A stretch of DNA of 64,000 bases from Gammaproteobacteria bacterium (lineage in GTDB: Bacteria > Pseudomonadota > Gammaproteobacteria > UBA4575), in NCBI GenBank assembly GCA_965222615.1, contig CBDCUI010000007.1:758885-822884 (forward strand), read 5' to 3'. Below the pieces are notes generated by a model that searched no databases, was not told where the DNA came from, and was given only the letters and a program-made list of their open reading frames with translations. The translations under genes and the position numbers were made by a program. Below are positions 32,076 through 45,493 of the stretch, in pieces. The stretch's first letter is position 1. Each line of letters opens with the position of its first letter.

Positions 32076-33650
32076 TCAATGCCTAAAATGTCTCATCCCT
32101 GTGAAAACCATTGCCATCTCATGTTCATCCACTGCTTTAATAACTTCATCATCGTTGACCGATCCACCTGGCTGAATAATCGCTGCAATGCCGATTTCAT
32201 GCGCGGCATCTATCGCATCTCGAAATGGGAAGAATGCATCTGAAGCCATTACTGATCCTGCAACTGGTAAATTCTCATCCTGAGCTTTTAGAGCGGCGAC
32301 TTTTGCAGAGTATACTCGGCTCATTTGCCCTGCACCTACACCAATAGTTTGCTGATTGTGCGCATAGACAATGGCATTCGACTTGATGAATTTAACTACC
32401 TTCCAGGCAAATAATAGGTCGCGTATCTCGTCATCCGTAGGAGTACGTTTTGATACAACTTTTAAATCGTCTTTTTCGACCACGCCAAGGTCACGATCCT
32501 GAACTAGTAATCCCCCTAGCACACGTTTGTAATCAAAAGATGAAATGGTGTTTAACCAGGTGCCACATTCCAGTACACGAACGTTTTTCTTGCCTGCTAA
32601 TACTTCACGTGCAGCAAAGGAAATAATTGGAGCAACTAGCACTTCAACAAATTGACGATCAGTAATAGATTTAGCAGTTTGCTCGTCGAGTTCTTTATTA
32701 AAGGCGATTATGCCACCAAAGGCGGAGGTTGGATCGGTTTGATAGGCTAGTTCGTAAGCTTGCAATATATCGTTGCCTACAGCTACTCCACATGGGTTGG
32801 CATGCTTTACGATTACGCAGGCCGGAGAAGTAAATTGCCTTACACATTCCAATGCAGCATCGGTGTCTGCAACGTTATTAAATGATAGCTCTTTACCTTG
32901 CAGTACTTTCGAGGTCGCAACACTAGCTTCTAGCGCCCCTTCCTCTACATAAAACGCACCACGTTGATGAGGATTTTCGCCATAACGTAAAATTTGAGCT
33001 TGATGGAATTGAAGATTTAAGGTTCGAGGAAATGTCTCATTACTACTGGGTAGTTTTTTGCCAAGATAATTGGCAACCATGCCATCATATTGTGCAGTGT
33101 ATTCAAAGGCTTTAACAGCAAGATTGAATCTTAACTCATCATCAACTGCACCATCATTACTACGCAGCATATCTAAAATATTGGCATAATCAGTTGGGTC
33201 TACGACAACGGCGACATGCGTATGATTTTTGGCGGCGGCACGCAACATTGCAGGACCACCAATATCAATATTTTCAATTGCATCTTCCAAAGTGCAATTA
33301 GGTTTTGCAATAGTTGCTGCAAATGGGTAAAGATTGATTACTACTAAATCGATGGGATCAATGTCATGTTGTTGCATGACTTTTGCATCGACATCTCGAC
33401 GACCAAGTATTCCACCATGAATTTTTGGATGTAAGGTTTTGACACGTCCATCCATAATTTCTGGAAAGCCCGTATGCTCGGAAACTTGTGTGATTTTTAG
33501 ACCATTTTCATTAAGTAATTTAGCAGTGCCTCCTGTCGATAAGATTTCAATGTCGAATTTACTCAACTCTTGAGCGAACTCGACGATGCCGGTTTTGTCG
33601 GAAACACTGATTAGTGCACGACGAATCGTCTGCCTACTGGAACTAGCCAA
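32076..33650 (-). CDS. purH: Bifunctional AICAR transformylase/IMP cyclohydrolase
   Basis: [34 protein letters not shown]. Confidence 0.98.
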   Translation of the reverse strand: MASSSRQTIRRALISVSDKTGIVEFAQELSKFDIEILSTGGTAKLLNENGLKITQVSEHTGFPEIMDGRVKTLHPKIHGGILGRRDVDAKVMQQHDIDPIDLVVINLYPFAATIAKPNCTLEDAIENIDIGGPAMLRAAAKNHTHVAVVVDPTDYANILDMLRSNDGAVDDELRFNLAVKAFEYTAQYDGMVANYLGKKLPSSNETFPRTLNLQFHQAQILRYGENPHQRGAFYVEEGALEASVATSKVLQGKELSFNNVADTDAALECVRQFTSPACVIVKHANPCGVAVGNDILQAYELAYQTDPTSAFGGIIAFNKELDEQTAKSITDRQFVEVLVAPIISFAAREVLAGKKNVRVLECGTWLNTISSFDYKRVLGGLLVQDRDLGVVEKDDLKVVSKRTPTDDEIRDLLFAWKVVKFIKSNAIVYAHNQQTIGVGAGQMSRVYSAKVAALKAQDENLPVAGSVMASDAFFPFRDAIDAAHEIGIAAIIQPGGSVNDDEVIKAVDEHEMAMVFTGMRHFRH

Positions 33651-33679
33651 AGAGCTAATCTAGAAAGAGGAAAAGGCTA

Positions 33680-33961
33680 TTAATTTAGCCCATACATTTT
33701 AAGCTTTTTTCGAAGAGTGCCGCGATTTAGGCCTAAATACCGTGCTGCCTTGGTCTGATTACCGTTGCAATATTGCATAACTGACTCAAGCAAGGGGCGC
33801 TCTACTTCCTCTATGAACATTTTATAGAGGTCTTCAGGCTCATGACCGCTTAATTGGTTTAAATAAAGACGTAAAGAATTTGTAACCGTATCACGTAATG
33901 GTTGTTTGCGGCGTTCGCTATGTAAGTTGGTTACTTGTGCGGTAGAAAACGATGCAATCAT
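33680..33961 (-). CDS. fis: DNA-binding protein Fis
   Basis: GNQTKAA..LGLNRGTLRKKLK HTH, downstream of dusB. Confidence 0.92.
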   Translation of the reverse strand: MIASFSTAQVTNLHSERRKQPLRDTVTNSLRLYLNQLSGHEPEDLYKMFIEEVERPLLESVMQYCNGNQTKAARYLGLNRGTLRKKLKMYGLN

Positions 33962-34947
33962 GCGGCTAACTCCATGTTGTATGCTTGCGGATACTTAAAG
34001 AAAGACGATAACAATTGTTTTTGTTGCAACGCATTGTCAGTTCGTAACAACTTATCTTTAAATATCGCATAGCTTGTAAATTTTTTTAAGTACCAGGCGA
34101 TATGTTTTCGAGCAACACGAACTCCCACTTCTTTTCCATAATGTGAATACAAACCATCAAGGTGTACTTGTATTACGTTTTCGATTTCTTCCAATGAGGG
34201 TGTGGGCAACGTCTTGTTATTTTTTAAATAGTAATTTACTTGGTTAAAGATCCAAGGATTACCTTGCGCTGCTCTTCCTATCATAATCGCATTTGCTTCA
34301 GTAAAAGCCAAGACCTTTTTTGCAATTTCTGGTGAATTAATATCACCATTTGCAATTATTGGAATCCCGACCACACTTTTGACTTGTTTAATGGTTTCAT
34401 ATTCAACTTTACCTTTATATAGGCATTGACGTGTGCGGCCATGTATGGCAAGCGCTTGTATGCCGATAGATTCAGCAATTATTGCAATGTTTTTAGCATT
34501 GCGACGTTGTGGAGAGATACCTGTACGAATTTTTAAAGTAACTGGTACGTCAACTGCATTCACTACAGCTTTTAAAATTGCAGCGACAGTAGTTTCGTTT
34601 TCTAATAAAGCCGAACCCGCCTTTTTTTTGCAAACTTTCTTAGCGGGGCAACCCATATTGATGTCAATAATTTGCGCACCTTTGTTCACACACACTTGAG
34701 CTGCGGTTGCCATCCTTTTTGGATCAGTGCCTGCAATTTGCACAATACGCGGTTCAGGGTCTGTAGCTTTGATAAGACGCGTATAACTTTTAGGGTTTTG
34801 CCATAAAGATATATCAGAGGTCAGCATTTCGGCAACGGTTGCTCCTGCGCCGTGTTGCATACAGATTTTGCGAAATATTGAATCTGTTATCCCAGCCATA
34901 GGGGCTAGTAAAATGTTACTTTTTAATTTATAGGGTCCAATTTTCAT
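33958..34947 (-). CDS. dusB: tRNA-dihydrouridine synthase B
   Basis: LAPMAGITD, DINMGCP, HGRTR, GRAAQGNPW. Confidence 0.95.
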   Translation of the reverse strand: MKIGPYKLKSNILLAPMAGITDSIFRKICMQHGAGATVAEMLTSDISLWQNPKSYTRLIKATDPEPRIVQIAGTDPKRMATAAQVCVNKGAQIIDINMGCPAKKVCKKKAGSALLENETTVAAILKAVVNAVDVPVTLKIRTGISPQRRNAKNIAIIAESIGIQALAIHGRTRQCLYKGKVEYETIKQVKSVVGIPIIANGDINSPEIAKKVLAFTEANAIMIGRAAQGNPWIFNQVNYYLKNNKTLPTPSLEEIENVIQVHLDGLYSHYGKEVGVRVARKHIAWYLKKFTSYAIFKDKLLRTDNALQQKQLLSSFFKYPQAYNMELAA

Positions 34948-34972
34948 TGAATTTAGAACCAGTCTAAATTAT

Positions 34973-35764
34973 TTAGTAAAACTCGATTTCATAGGCGATC
35001 ACCGTACTCCCCGGATCAAATACTTCCAAGCGTGCACCAACTGGTTGGTTGGGTTGCATCCTTGCTTCAATTAAGTCTTTGTTTACTAAGTAATCAGCTG
35101 GTGAAAAGCGCCGTATTGCAACAATTTCTCCATGTGTATTGAGTAAAGCAATTTGTAGAAATGGAAAATGCTGCACATGATCACTTTCATTAACAAAAGA
35201 GGTTGTAATCATTAGTGCATTTTTTACATTTGGGTGAGTAAAAATATTTCGGTTTAATATGCGAACGGTGGATAGGTCACGCTCAGCATTTGAATCACAT
35301 CCAACTATTGCACAAAAGTTATTTACCCATGATTGTGGCAGTACACTTACATTTTGCCAGTAAGTAATTTGGCCTAGGAAAAAAAGTGCAAGTGCGATAG
35401 AGCCTAACGTCCACATTATAATTTGCAAAGGGCTGTTTGCTTTGGCTAATACGTTGCCACCAAAGTCATCTCTAATTACTGTTGGGATTGAGTCTGAATC
35501 AATTAAGGTATCTTCATCGTCTTGGTGATCGTCATCAATTTCTACATAAGTTTCATTATCAAGCTCTGAATCGACTTCAAACTCATGCTTATACTCAATC
35601 TTACTTTCATCTTCAGATAACGGTTCCTTATCGTCTTCATGCAGGTGATCAGTACCGTTAAAAATTTCATCACAGATGCCACAACGTACTAAGCCATCGG
35701 CCATTTCAAGTAGTTCCGTGCTGATGCGAAATACGGAGTTACATTCAGGGCATTTGGTATACAT
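34973..35764 (-). CDS. Zinc-ribbon/DUF3426-like membrane protein
   Basis: CPEC...VRCGIC ribbon, acidic linker, TM helix; usual position between prmA and dusB. Confidence 0.8.
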   Translation of the reverse strand: MYTKCPECNSVFRISTELLEMADGLVRCGICDEIFNGTDHLHEDDKEPLSEDESKIEYKHEFEVDSELDNETYVEIDDDHQDDEDTLIDSDSIPTVIRDDFGGNVLAKANSPLQIIMWTLGSIALALFFLGQITYWQNVSVLPQSWVNNFCAIVGCDSNAERDLSTVRILNRNIFTHPNVKNALMITTSFVNESDHVQHFPFLQIALLNTHGEIVAIRRFSPADYLVNKDLIEARMQPNQPVGARLEVFDPGSTVIAYEIEFY

Positions 35765-35781
35765 GCATGAATTTTTTTATA

Positions 35782-36651
35782 TTAACGCCGAGATACTTCG
35801 ACTAATAACCATTCTTTTTTTACGTAAACCTGATCGATACTAAAATGGCTTAAGTAGTGTTGCTTTAACTCTGCTAATTGGGTCTGAAGTATACCGGATA
35901 ATATTATTTTTCCATCGGTTGCTAAAGATTTTGCAAATTGCTGCTCAAGATGAATAAGAGGTCGCAGCAAAATATTAGCCATCACCAAATGATAGCCTGT
36001 GCCATCCACATCGTCAGCGTTTATAACGTTGATGGTTTGAAGTGGAACGCGATTGTGTTTGATATTAGTGTAACAAGCTTGTGTTGCTTGAGGGTCATGG
36101 TCTATTGCTACAATTGATTTGGCGCCTAGATAGTAGGCCGCAATCGCTAAAATACCACTACCACATCCAAAATCCATAACCTGCAAATTGTGCGGTGGAT
36201 GCTTTGCTAGCCATTCAAGACATAGAGCGGTGCTTGGATGAGTGCCTGTACCAAATGCAATTCCTGAGTCGAGTCGAATATTGATCGCAAACGGATCGGG
36301 CGTAATACACCAGCTCGGGCAAACCCAAAGGCGCTTGCCAAAGTGCATAGGCTGGAAGTCTTGTTTGTAAGTGTTTTGCCAATCGTGATCGTGAACAGTT
36401 TGTTGCGAAATCTCAATTGAGCAAGCCAGAACTTGTTCAAGTGTATCCTGAATTAATTGCAGTTCTATATATTTATCAAAGAGTGCAGTAACTAATATAT
36501 GTTTCCACAACGGTGTTTTGTTTAGCTCCTGTACGAAAACGGATTCGTTTTTTGCATCGTGTAAGCTGATTGATGATGCGCCGAGTTCTTCTAAAACCGC
36601 TTCCACGGCGATATGTTGTGTCGTGGTAACGCATAGGTTAATTTCAAACAC
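35782..36651 (-). CDS. prmA: Ribosomal protein L11 methyltransferase
   Basis: AFGTGTHPST, DFGCGSGILAI, ANIL, LSGIL. Confidence 0.95.
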   Translation of the reverse strand: MFEINLCVTTTQHIAVEAVLEELGASSISLHDAKNESVFVQELNKTPLWKHILVTALFDKYIELQLIQDTLEQVLACSIEISQQTVHDHDWQNTYKQDFQPMHFGKRLWVCPSWCITPDPFAINIRLDSGIAFGTGTHPSTALCLEWLAKHPPHNLQVMDFGCGSGILAIAAYYLGAKSIVAIDHDPQATQACYTNIKHNRVPLQTINVINADDVDGTGYHLVMANILLRPLIHLEQQFAKSLATDGKIILSGILQTQLAELKQHYLSHFSIDQVYVKKEWLLVEVSRR

Positions 36652-36668
36652 AAGTATGTGAGAAGAAG

Positions 36669-38009
36669 CTATTCTTTAAGCTTATTTTCAAGGTAGTGAA
36701 TGTTATGGTTGGCGTCCGCAAATACGGGATCACGCATTAAGTCTTGCAATAAAGGGATGTTGGTCGTAATGCCATCAATTACAATTTCATGTAAAGCACC
36801 TGTCATGCGTGTAATAGCTCCATCACGACTATGTCCTGCGGCAAGTAATTTTCCAATCATTGAATCATAATGCGGTGGTACGGTGTACCCATTATATAGA
36901 TGTGTATCCACACGAATGCCTGGTCCACCTGGGCAGTGAAAATGCGTAATCTTCCCTGGGCATGGGATAAATTTATAAGGGTCCTCGGCATTAATTCGAC
37001 ACTCAATTGCATGGCCACGAATCTTGATGTCGTCTTGGGTAAAAGAGAGTTTATCTCCTGAAGCTATTAAGAGCTGTTGTTTTACAATATCAATTCCTGT
37101 GATCATTTCCGTTACAGGGTGTTCAACCTGCACACGAGTGTTCATTTCGATGAAATAAAATTCACCATTTGCATATAAAAACTCAAAAGTTCCGGCGCCG
37201 CAATAACCAATCTGTCGACAAGCTTCGGTAATTCGCTCACCAATTTGATTTCGTTGTTCAACAGTAACGCCAAAGGCAGGGGCTTCCTCAATAACTTTTT
37301 GATTACGGCGTTGCATCGAGCAATCCCGTTCACAAAGATGTATGGCATTACCGTATGTATCAGCTAGTACTTGGAACTCCACGTGTCGAGGTGCCTGTAA
37401 AAATTTTTCCATAAACAGGCGGTCGTCATTAAATGCGGCTCCGGCTTCTGTTCGGGTTAACGAAATTGCCTCTTCTAATTCGCTTTCACTCTCCACTACC
37501 CGCATACCGCGTCCACCACCACCACCGGCTGCTTTGACCATAACCGGAAAGCCAATTTCCAATGCAATTTCTCTGGCCCTGCTCATGTCATCACCAATCG
37601 GTTCAATAGTGCCTGGCACACAAGGCACTCCTGCTGCCTCCATTGCTTTTTTCGCAGCAATTTTGTCACCCATCATGCGAATGGTTTCTGACTTGGGCCC
37701 TATAAAAGTGAAACCACTGGATTCAACAATTTCAGCAAATTCTGCGTTTTCAGATAGAAAACCATAGCCTGGATGAATGGCCGTTGCATCGGTTACTTCT
37801 GCCGCGCTAATGATGGCAGGAATATTTAAATAGCTATCTGTCGCGGGAGCTGGGCCTACACAGACTGATTCATCTGCCATACCGATATGCATTAAGTCTC
37901 GGTCAGCTTCAGAGTGAATGGCTACGGTTTTAATTCCCATATCGCGACATGCGCGTAAGATACGCAAAGCGATTTCACCACGATTAGCAATGACTACTTT
38001 TTTTAACAC
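36669..38009 (-). CDS. accC: Biotin carboxylase
   Basis: [29 protein letters not shown]. Confidence 0.98.
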   Translation of the reverse strand: MLKKVVIANRGEIALRILRACRDMGIKTVAIHSEADRDLMHIGMADESVCVGPAPATDSYLNIPAIISAAEVTDATAIHPGYGFLSENAEFAEIVESSGFTFIGPKSETIRMMGDKIAAKKAMEAAGVPCVPGTIEPIGDDMSRAREIALEIGFPVMVKAAGGGGGRGMRVVESESELEEAISLTRTEAGAAFNDDRLFMEKFLQAPRHVEFQVLADTYGNAIHLCERDCSMQRRNQKVIEEAPAFGVTVEQRNQIGERITEACRQIGYCGAGTFEFLYANGEFYFIEMNTRVQVEHPVTEMITGIDIVKQQLLIASGDKLSFTQDDIKIRGHAIECRINAEDPYKFIPCPGKITHFHCPGGPGIRVDTHLYNGYTVPPHYDSMIGKLLAAGHSRDGAITRMTGALHEIVIDGITTNIPLLQDLMRDPVFADANHNIHYLENKLKE

Positions 38010-38030
38010 AGGGCTTGATTTAGTCAGTAA

Positions 38031-38483
38031 TTAGTCAATTACAAACAGTGCCTGTCCATATTCAACAGGCTGTCCATTCTCAACCAACACAGTTTTGACA
38101 ACACCGGTTTTATCGGCTTCAATTTGGTTTAACATTTTCATCGCTTCAATTATGCATAGGGTGTCACCAACCTCTACTGATTGCCCTACTTCAACAAAAG
38201 GTTTTTGTCCTGGTGCAGGAGCTTCGTAAAACGTGCCTACCATGGGGGAATTTACCGTGTGTTCCGTTGACATGACAACGGTTTCATCAGTTACTGGTGT
38301 TTCTATAGGTGAAGGAGTTGAAACTAGTGGTGCAGGGTTAGTTTGCGGCACAATAATTTGGCTGCTACTAGAAGTATTACCACGACTGATGCGTACAGAT
38401 TCTTCACCTTCTTTGATTTCAATTTCGGCCATGCCGGATTCTTCTAGCAACTCGATTAATTTTTTTACTTTACGAATATCCAT
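38031..38483 (-). CDS. accB: Biotin carboxyl carrier protein
   Basis: [13 protein letters not shown]. Confidence 0.98.
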   Translation of the reverse strand: MDIRKVKKLIELLEESGMAEIEIKEGEESVRISRGNTSSSSQIIVPQTNPAPLVSTPSPIETPVTDETVVMSTEHTVNSPMVGTFYEAPAPGQKPFVEVGQSVEVGDTLCIIEAMKMLNQIEADKTGVVKTVLVENGQPVEYGQALFVID

Positions 38484-38485
38484 GC

Positions 38486-38929
38486 TTAATTCTCAGATAA
38501 TTTATAGTCGGCAGCTGTGACTGCAAGTTCGTATCCAAGTGCTCCCATACCCGATATCACGCCAACGGCGATATCGGATAAAAACGAATGTTGGCGAAAT
38601 TCTTCACGTGCAAACACATTAGAAAGGTGTAGTTCAATGAATGGAATATCGACACCTAGCAGCGCATCACGTAAGGCAATACTAGTATGCGTAAAAGCAC
38701 CTGGATTAAAAATAATCATCTGCACACCATCTTGTTTGGCTTGATGAATGCGATTTACTAATTCATGTTCAGCATTGCTTTGGAAGTCTTCTAGTTGATG
38801 CCCCAATTGCGTCGCAGCCTGGTATGCACGCTGAATCACATCAGACAAGGATTCGTAGCCATAGACCTCGGGCTCACGCTGACCCAATAGGTTTAGATTT
38901 GGGCCATTTAATAGTAGAAGTTTGAGCAT
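38486..38929 (-). CDS. aroQ: Type II 3-dehydroquinate dehydratase
   Basis: [18 protein letters not shown]. Confidence 0.97.
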   Translation of the reverse strand: MLKLLLLNGPNLNLLGQREPEVYGYESLSDVIQRAYQAATQLGHQLEDFQSNAEHELVNRIHQAKQDGVQMIIFNPGAFTHTSIALRDALLGVDIPFIELHLSNVFAREEFRQHSFLSDIAVGVISGMGALGYELAVTAADYKLSEN

Positions 38930-39221
38930 ATTTGTGGCTATTTCGCTGCGATTTGTTGTTAATTTGCAGGTTTATTAGATTATTTCTAAGTTTACATGAA
39001 ATTTATGAGAGTGACAGTCTATTTTTATAAAATAGGCGATTTCTCAGAAATTCAAAGAAGTTAGTAGCAAGATAGCGAAATTTTAATAACACTCGACCAA
39101 ATACTTGAATTGTCATACAAAAAATAATAACTATGTAACTCAATTAGTGCAGGAACTCACTGTTTTAAAAAAACTCTAAAAAGAGCAAAGCCTCATTTAA
39201 ATCTTTAAATATCAATTACTT

Positions 39222-39896
39222 ATGCAATCCAAAATAATCGCCATCGTTACAACTGTGATTTGTATTGCCTTGTTAGCCAATTGGGCTTGGTCTGAGAAAT
39301 CTGACGGAGAAGTCGAAGTCGACAGTCAGCATGCTAAGGCCATTTTTGCTGGGGGTTGTTTTTGGTGTATGGAACCACCATTCGACAAATTGGATGGGGT
39401 CTTGTCAACGGTATCAGGCTATACCGGGGGCCACACTGAAAATCCTACTTATAAACAGGTGTCATCTGATATTACGGGTCATTATGAAGTCGTCGAGGTT
39501 ACCTACGACCCCAATAAAATTGATTATGCAACGTTGCTAAATGTTTTTTGGCATAACGTTGACCCATTAAATGATCGGGGGCAGTTTTGTGATAATGGAA
39601 ATAGTTATCGCACAGCGATATTTTATTTAAATGATGAGCAAAAAAAACTCGCCGAAAATTCAAAACAAGAACTCATGGAATCAAACTATTTCAAAGATGA
39701 GATTGTAACGGTGATAGAAGCTGCAAAAACATTTTATCCAGCCGAGGATTATCATCAGAATTATTACCAAGTGAACCCTATTCGTTACAAATACTACCGT
39801 TTTGCATGTGGCCGTGATAAACGCCTTAAAGAGTTATGGGGGGGATCTGCTGGAAAAGCTGGTCCATTGATACCATCTTTAGATCTCGCACACTAG
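39222..39896 (+). CDS. msrA: Exported peptide-methionine (S)-S-oxide reductase
   Basis: Signal peptide, FAGGCFWC, AEDYHQ; last 16 aa come from the repeat unit. Confidence 0.95.
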   Translation: MQSKIIAIVTTVICIALLANWAWSEKSDGEVEVDSQHAKAIFAGGCFWCMEPPFDKLDGVLSTVSGYTGGHTENPTYKQVSSDITGHYEVVEVTYDPNKIDYATLLNVFWHNVDPLNDRGQFCDNGNSYRTAIFYLNDEQKKLAENSKQELMESNYFKDEIVTVIEAAKTFYPAEDYHQNYYQVNPIRYKYYRFACGRDKRLKELWGGSAGKAGPLIPSLDLAH

Positions 39897-40228
39897 CCGC
39901 TGCAACTAAGGCTGGTCCGTTAATACCAACCACTGGTCTCGCACGTTAATCACTGCTGGAAAAGCTGGTCCATTAATACCATCTTTAGAACTCGCACACT
40001 AACCGCTGCAACCAAGGCGGGGCCATTAGTCCCAACAACAGGTCTTGCACGTTAATTGCTGCTACGAAAGCGGGACCACTTGTACCAACCATTGACCCGG
40101 CACATTAATCGCTGCAACCAAGGCGGGGCTATTAGTCCCAACAACAGGTCTTGCACGTTAATTGCTGCTACGAAAGTAGGACCACTTGTACTAACCACCG
40201 ACCACGCACACTAACCGCTGCAACCAGG
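39846..40228 (+). repeat. Tandem array of 7 full plus 1 partial diverged 53-bp units
   Basis: Units start at 39846, 39899, 39952, 40005, 40058, 40111, 40164, 40217. Confidence 0.9.
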
Positions 40229-40349
40229 GGGGTCGCCTGTGCCGCACTTAAGCCTAGTAAATTAATTGCCACAACTTATCGACAAACGTGTGAAATCGAT
40301 CGCTATTCTTGCTAGACATTTCCCATAAAATTAATTAATCTACCTACTA

Positions 40350-40402
40350 GCGCTGATTTGAGCATCAGCTTGCGGGCGCATTACAAGTACGGCTAAAGCG
40401 GG
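40350..40402 (+). ncRNA. SAM-II-type riboswitch aptamer 1
   Basis: GCGCT-GATTTGA..CTTGC-GGCGC..CAAG..GCTAAAG pattern upstream of metF-metH. Confidence 0.8.
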
Positions 40403-40412
40403 AAGAAATTAT

Positions 40413-40449
40413 AAAACCCACATAAGGCTGTGCCGATGTGGGTTTTTTT
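40413..40449 (+). terminator. Intrinsic terminator in the metF leader
   Basis: ACCCACAT/ATGTGGGT stem followed by a T tract. Confidence 0.8.
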
Positions 40450-40452
40450 ATG

Positions 40453-40505
40453 ATCGCCGGTTTAATAAACAACTTGCAGGGCGATACAAAAATACTGCTA
40501 AAGCG
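40453..40505 (+). ncRNA. SAM-II/SAM-V-like aptamer 2
   Basis: ATCGCC-GGTTTAA..CTTGC-GGCGAT..GCTAAAG, same architecture as aptamer 1. Confidence 0.6.
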
Positions 40506-40749
40506 TTGCCGTTTTTGGGCCCAATAAACGTACCAACGTAATCATCCATTGGGCTGGGAGACGGTGTCATGTTAGAAATAATTGACCAAAACTTTCAAAT
40601 CAAGACGACAAACTCTACTTTGTCATTAGTATTTCTACACTTGTGCAGTATCTCTACTGTAAGAGCAGATTTTTCACTTTTGGTTAGTAGCAGATATTGC
40701 CATATTGATGACTTTCGCAATTTTGTTGCGCACATAGTGTATGGAGTAA

Positions 40750-41652
<903 letters not shown>

Positions 41653-41656
41653 CTCT

Positions 41657-44600
41657 ATGGATCGATTACAACGAATTGCCGCATTGCAGCAAATGCTGCA
41701 ACAGAGGATAGTACTGCTTGATGGCGCGATGGGCACTATGATACAAGCGCAGCGTCTCGACGAAGATGATTTTCGTGGCAATCGGTTTTGCGAATGGGAA
41801 AAAGATTTGAAGGGTAACAATGATCTATTGACCCTGACGCGCCCAGATATCATTCAAAATATACACCATCAGTTTCTTGAGGCTGGTGCTGACATCATCG
41901 AAACCAACACCTTTAACTCGAATCATCCCTCGATGAGAGACTATGGTATGGAGTTTGTGGTTGGTGAACTTAATCTAGCTGCGGCACGACTTGCGCGTAA
42001 AACCGCTGATGCATATGCAGCACAATGTGGTCAGCCACGATTCGTTGCAGGGGTATTAGGCCCCAGTAATCGTACCGCATCCATCTCGCCCGATGTCAAT
42101 AATCCGGGCTATCGCAACATTACCTTTACCGACCTGGTGACAACTTATCAACAAGCCACATTGGCGCTAATCGAAGGTGGAGTTGATTTCATCTTGATTG
42201 AAACCATATTCGATACCTTGAATGCGAAAGCAGCAATTTTTGCAATTCGACGTAGCTTCGAAATTTCGCAAACTACTTTACCCATTATGATTTCCGGGAC
42301 CATCACCGATGCGTCGGGTCGGACCCTGTCGGGTCAGACCATGGAAGCATTTTGGCATTCGGTAAGGCATGCTCATCCATTTATAGTTGGTTTAAATTGT
42401 GCGCTCGGTGCTGCGGAGTTAAGGCCTTATGTTGCAGAGCTCTCGCGCATTGCTGATACCTGCGTTAGCGTACATCCGAATGCCGGTTTGCCGAATGAAT
42501 TTGGTGAATACGAACAGACGGCTGAGGAAATGACGGAACTCATTGGCGAATTTGCGCAAAGTGGTTTAGTTAATGTGGTCGGAGGTTGTTGTGGCACCAC
42601 TCCAGAACATATTTGTATGTTACGTGAAATTATGGCGAACGCTTCTCCTCGAGCCATACCCACAGTAAGTTCATGTTGCCGACTCGCTGGGCTTGAGCCA
42701 CTAACTATTGGGTCCGATGATCTTTTCGTTAATGTTGGCGAGCGCACCAACGTAACCGGTTCAGCCCATTTCCGCCAACTGATTGAAACCAATGACTATC
42801 AATCAGCAGTTCAAGTAGCGCGACAGCAAGTAGAAAACGGTGCACAAATCATCGATGTCAACATGGATGAAGGTATGCTTGACTCAGAACAGGCAATGAT
42901 CATGTTTCAGAATCTCATTGCGTCGGAGCCCGACATTGCCCGTGTCCCAGTGATGATTGATTCATCAAAGTGGTCGGTGCTTGAAGCCGGCTTGCAGTGT
43001 ATACAAGGTAAGGCTGTAGTCAATTCGATTAGTCTAAAAGAGGGTGAAGACGCTTTTATACAGCAGGCACGTCTAATAATGGATTATGGGGCTGCTGTCA
43101 TTGTCATGGCTTTCGATGAAACAGGACAGGCCGACTCGATAGAACGCAAAGTTGAAATTTGTTTGCGCTCGTATGACATCTTAACGAAAACCGTTGGCTT
43201 CGATCCTAGTAACATCATTTTTGATCCAAACATATTTGCCATAGCAACCGGTATCGAAGAACACAATAGTTATGGGCTTGACTATATTGAGGCGACTCAA
43301 CGTATTAAAAAAATATTGCCGAATGTACTGGTGAGCGGTGGAGTCAGTAACGTGTCATTTTCATTTCGTGGCAACAATATTGTCAGGGAGGCCATTCACA
43401 GTGTCTTTCTCTATCATGCAATTGCGGCAGGTATGGATATGGGAATTGTCAACGCAGGCCAGCTTGCGATCTATGAGGATTTGCCGGCCGAGTTGCGCGA
43501 TGCTGTTGAAGATGTAGTACTGAATCGATCTAGTGATGCGACTGAGCGTTTATTAACTGTAGCAGAGTCTTATAGAGGCCAGGGCACTACAAGGCAACAA
43601 AATATCCAAGATCTGAGCTGGCGTGAGTTGTCGGTGGAGAAACGTCTTGAACATGCCCTTGTGCACGGCATTGACGAATACATCATCGAAGATACTGAGC
43701 AAGCCCGTCTTAACACGGACAGACCACTTGCCGTTATTGAGGGACCACTGATGGCGGGTATGAATGTCGTTGGCGATCTGTTTGGCGAAGGTAAAATGTT
43801 TTTACCGCAAGTTGTAAAGTCGGCTCGCGTAATGAAAAAAGCAGTGGGTCACTTGGTCCCGTTTATTGAGCAAGAGAAAGACGGAGCCATACAATCGAAT
43901 GGTAAAATTGTTATGGCAACAGTAAAAGGTGACGTACACGATATTGGCAAGAACATTGTCAGTGTTGTTCTGCAATGCAATAACTTCGAAGTCATCGATC
44001 TTGGCGTTATGGTGCCTTGCGAGAAAATCCTGCAAACGGCACGGCAGGAAAATGCACAAATAATTGGGTTATCCGGGCTTATTACTCCGTCTCTTGATGA
44101 GATGGTGAACGTTGCTTCGGAAATGCAGCGACAGAGATTTGAATTGCCATTATTAATCGGTGGTGCTACTACATCGCCATCGCACACTGCAGTTAAAATT
44201 GAACCCAACTACAATGGGCCAGTGATTTACGTTAAAGACGCATCGCGTTCGGTCGGAATCGCTCAAGCACTCATTGATGACAAAAGCCGTGATGTGTTGG
44301 TGGAAAAAACCAGACTCGATAATGCCAGGAGGCGGGAACAGCATGCCGGCAAGAAACGCCTCGCACCGCAGTTATCACTAAAGCAGGCGAGGAACAAGAA
44401 GCATCAATGTGACTGGCGAGATTATTTGCCACCAGTACCTGTATTCACCGGCACGCGGGTTTTTGATGATATCGATCTTGCCAAGTTGCGTGATTATATC
44501 GATTGGATGCCTTTTTTTAATGCCTGGGAATTACATGGAAAATATCCAGATATATTGAATGATGCAGTTGTTGGCGAAGCTGCACGATCTTTGTTTAAAG

Positions 44601-45379
44601 ATGCTGAAACCATGCTTGACACAATCATTAAACAACACTGGTTACAGGCAAAAGCTGTAATTGGATTTTTTGCAGCAAATTCCATCGATGATGACGATCT
44701 AAATGTGTTTAGTGACAATACACGTCAGGACGTCCTAACTCGCCTGTGTCACTTACGCCAGCAATACAAAAAGCCAGCAGGAAAGAGTCAGAACTGTCTC
44801 GCTGATTTTGTGGCTCCTGTCAATAGTGGTGTGGAAGACTATATCGGCGCGTTTGCAGTAAGCGCTGGATTCGGAGTCGATACGTACATTAAACAATTTG
44901 AGAATAACCACGATGATTACAGCAGCATTGTTCTTAAGGCATTGGCGGACCGGTTTGCCGAAGCATTAGCAGAATACATGCACGAGCAAGTACGTAAAAA
45001 GTACTGGGCCTATGATCCTGATGAGAATTTGTCCAATCAAGAGTTGATCGCCGAAAAATACCGTGGCATACGACCGGCACCCGGTTACCCAGCCTGTCCT
45101 GACCACACCGAGAAAGATAAGCTTTGGAAATTACTTAATGTTGAAACGAATATTGGTTTACGCCTCACTGATGCATACGCAATGTATCCAACTGCTGCAG
45201 TAAGTGGATTCTATTTTTCACATCCGGATGCACATTATTTTTCCGTTGGTAAAATCGATCGTGATCAGGTCGAGTCATTGGCTCAACGCAAAGAGATGTC
45301 TGTTAATGAAACCGAACGTTGGTTAACACCGAATCTAGGATACGATACGTCTGGATTTTCAAAGGTGAGTTCACTCTAA
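41657..45379 (+). CDS. metH: B12-dependent methionine synthase
   Basis: [32 protein letters not shown]. Confidence 0.99.
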   Translation: MDRLQRIAALQQMLQQRIVLLDGAMGTMIQAQRLDEDDFRGNRFCEWEKDLKGNNDLLTLTRPDIIQNIHHQFLEAGADIIETNTFNSNHPSMRDYGMEFVVGELNLAAARLARKTADAYAAQCGQPRFVAGVLGPSNRTASISPDVNNPGYRNITFTDLVTTYQQATLALIEGGVDFILIETIFDTLNAKAAIFAIRRSFEISQTTLPIMISGTITDASGRTLSGQTMEAFWHSVRHAHPFIVGLNCALGAAELRPYVAELSRIADTCVSVHPNAGLPNEFGEYEQTAEEMTELIGEFAQSGLVNVVGGCCGTTPEHICMLREIMANASPRAIPTVSSCCRLAGLEPLTIGSDDLFVNVGERTNVTGSAHFRQLIETNDYQSAVQVARQQVENGAQIIDVNMDEGMLDSEQAMIMFQNLIASEPDIARVPVMIDSSKWSVLEAGLQCIQGKAVVNSISLKEGEDAFIQQARLIMDYGAAVIVMAFDETGQADSIERKVEICLRSYDILTKTVGFDPSNIIFDPNIFAIATGIEEHNSYGLDYIEATQRIKKILPNVLVSGGVSNVSFSFRGNNIVREAIHSVFLYHAIAAGMDMGIVNAGQLAIYEDLPAELRDAVEDVVLNRSSDATERLLTVAESYRGQGTTRQQNIQDLSWRELSVEKRLEHALVHGIDEYIIEDTEQARLNTDRPLAVIEGPLMAGMNVVGDLFGEGKMFLPQVVKSARVMKKAVGHLVPFIEQEKDGAIQSNGKIVMATVKGDVHDIGKNIVSVVLQCNNFEVIDLGVMVPCEKILQTARQENAQIIGLSGLITPSLDEMVNVASEMQRQRFELPLLIGGATTSPSHTAVKIEPNYNGPVIYVKDASRSVGIAQALIDDKSRDVLVEKTRLDNARRREQHAGKKRLAPQLSLKQARNKKHQCDWRDYLPPVPVFTGTRVFDDIDLAKLRDYIDWMPFFNAWELHGKYPDILNDAVVGEAARSLFKDAETMLDTIIKQHWLQAKAVIGFFAANSIDDDDLNVFSDNTRQDVLTRLCHLRQQYKKPAGKSQNCLADFVAPVNSGVEDYIGAFAVSAGFGVDTYIKQFENNHDDYSSIVLKALADRFAEALAEYMHEQVRKKYWAYDPDENLSNQELIAEKYRGIRPAPGYPACPDHTEKDKLWKLLNVETNIGLRLTDAYAMYPTAAVSGFYFSHPDAHYFSVGKIDRDQVESLAQRKEMSVNETERWLTPNLGYDTSGFSKVSSL

Positions 45380-45493
45380 CTGCATTAAACTGAGACAGTG
45401 GGTGTTGGGGTCATGGGATTGGGGTTTTATTAAGACGACACAATACCTTTTCAATTACTAAAAGTTATTGATTACTTGTGTTGGTATAAAAAA

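Noticed and set aside
39846-40228. 53-bp array as CRISPR
   Set aside because: Units are homologous along their whole length, with no unique spacers.
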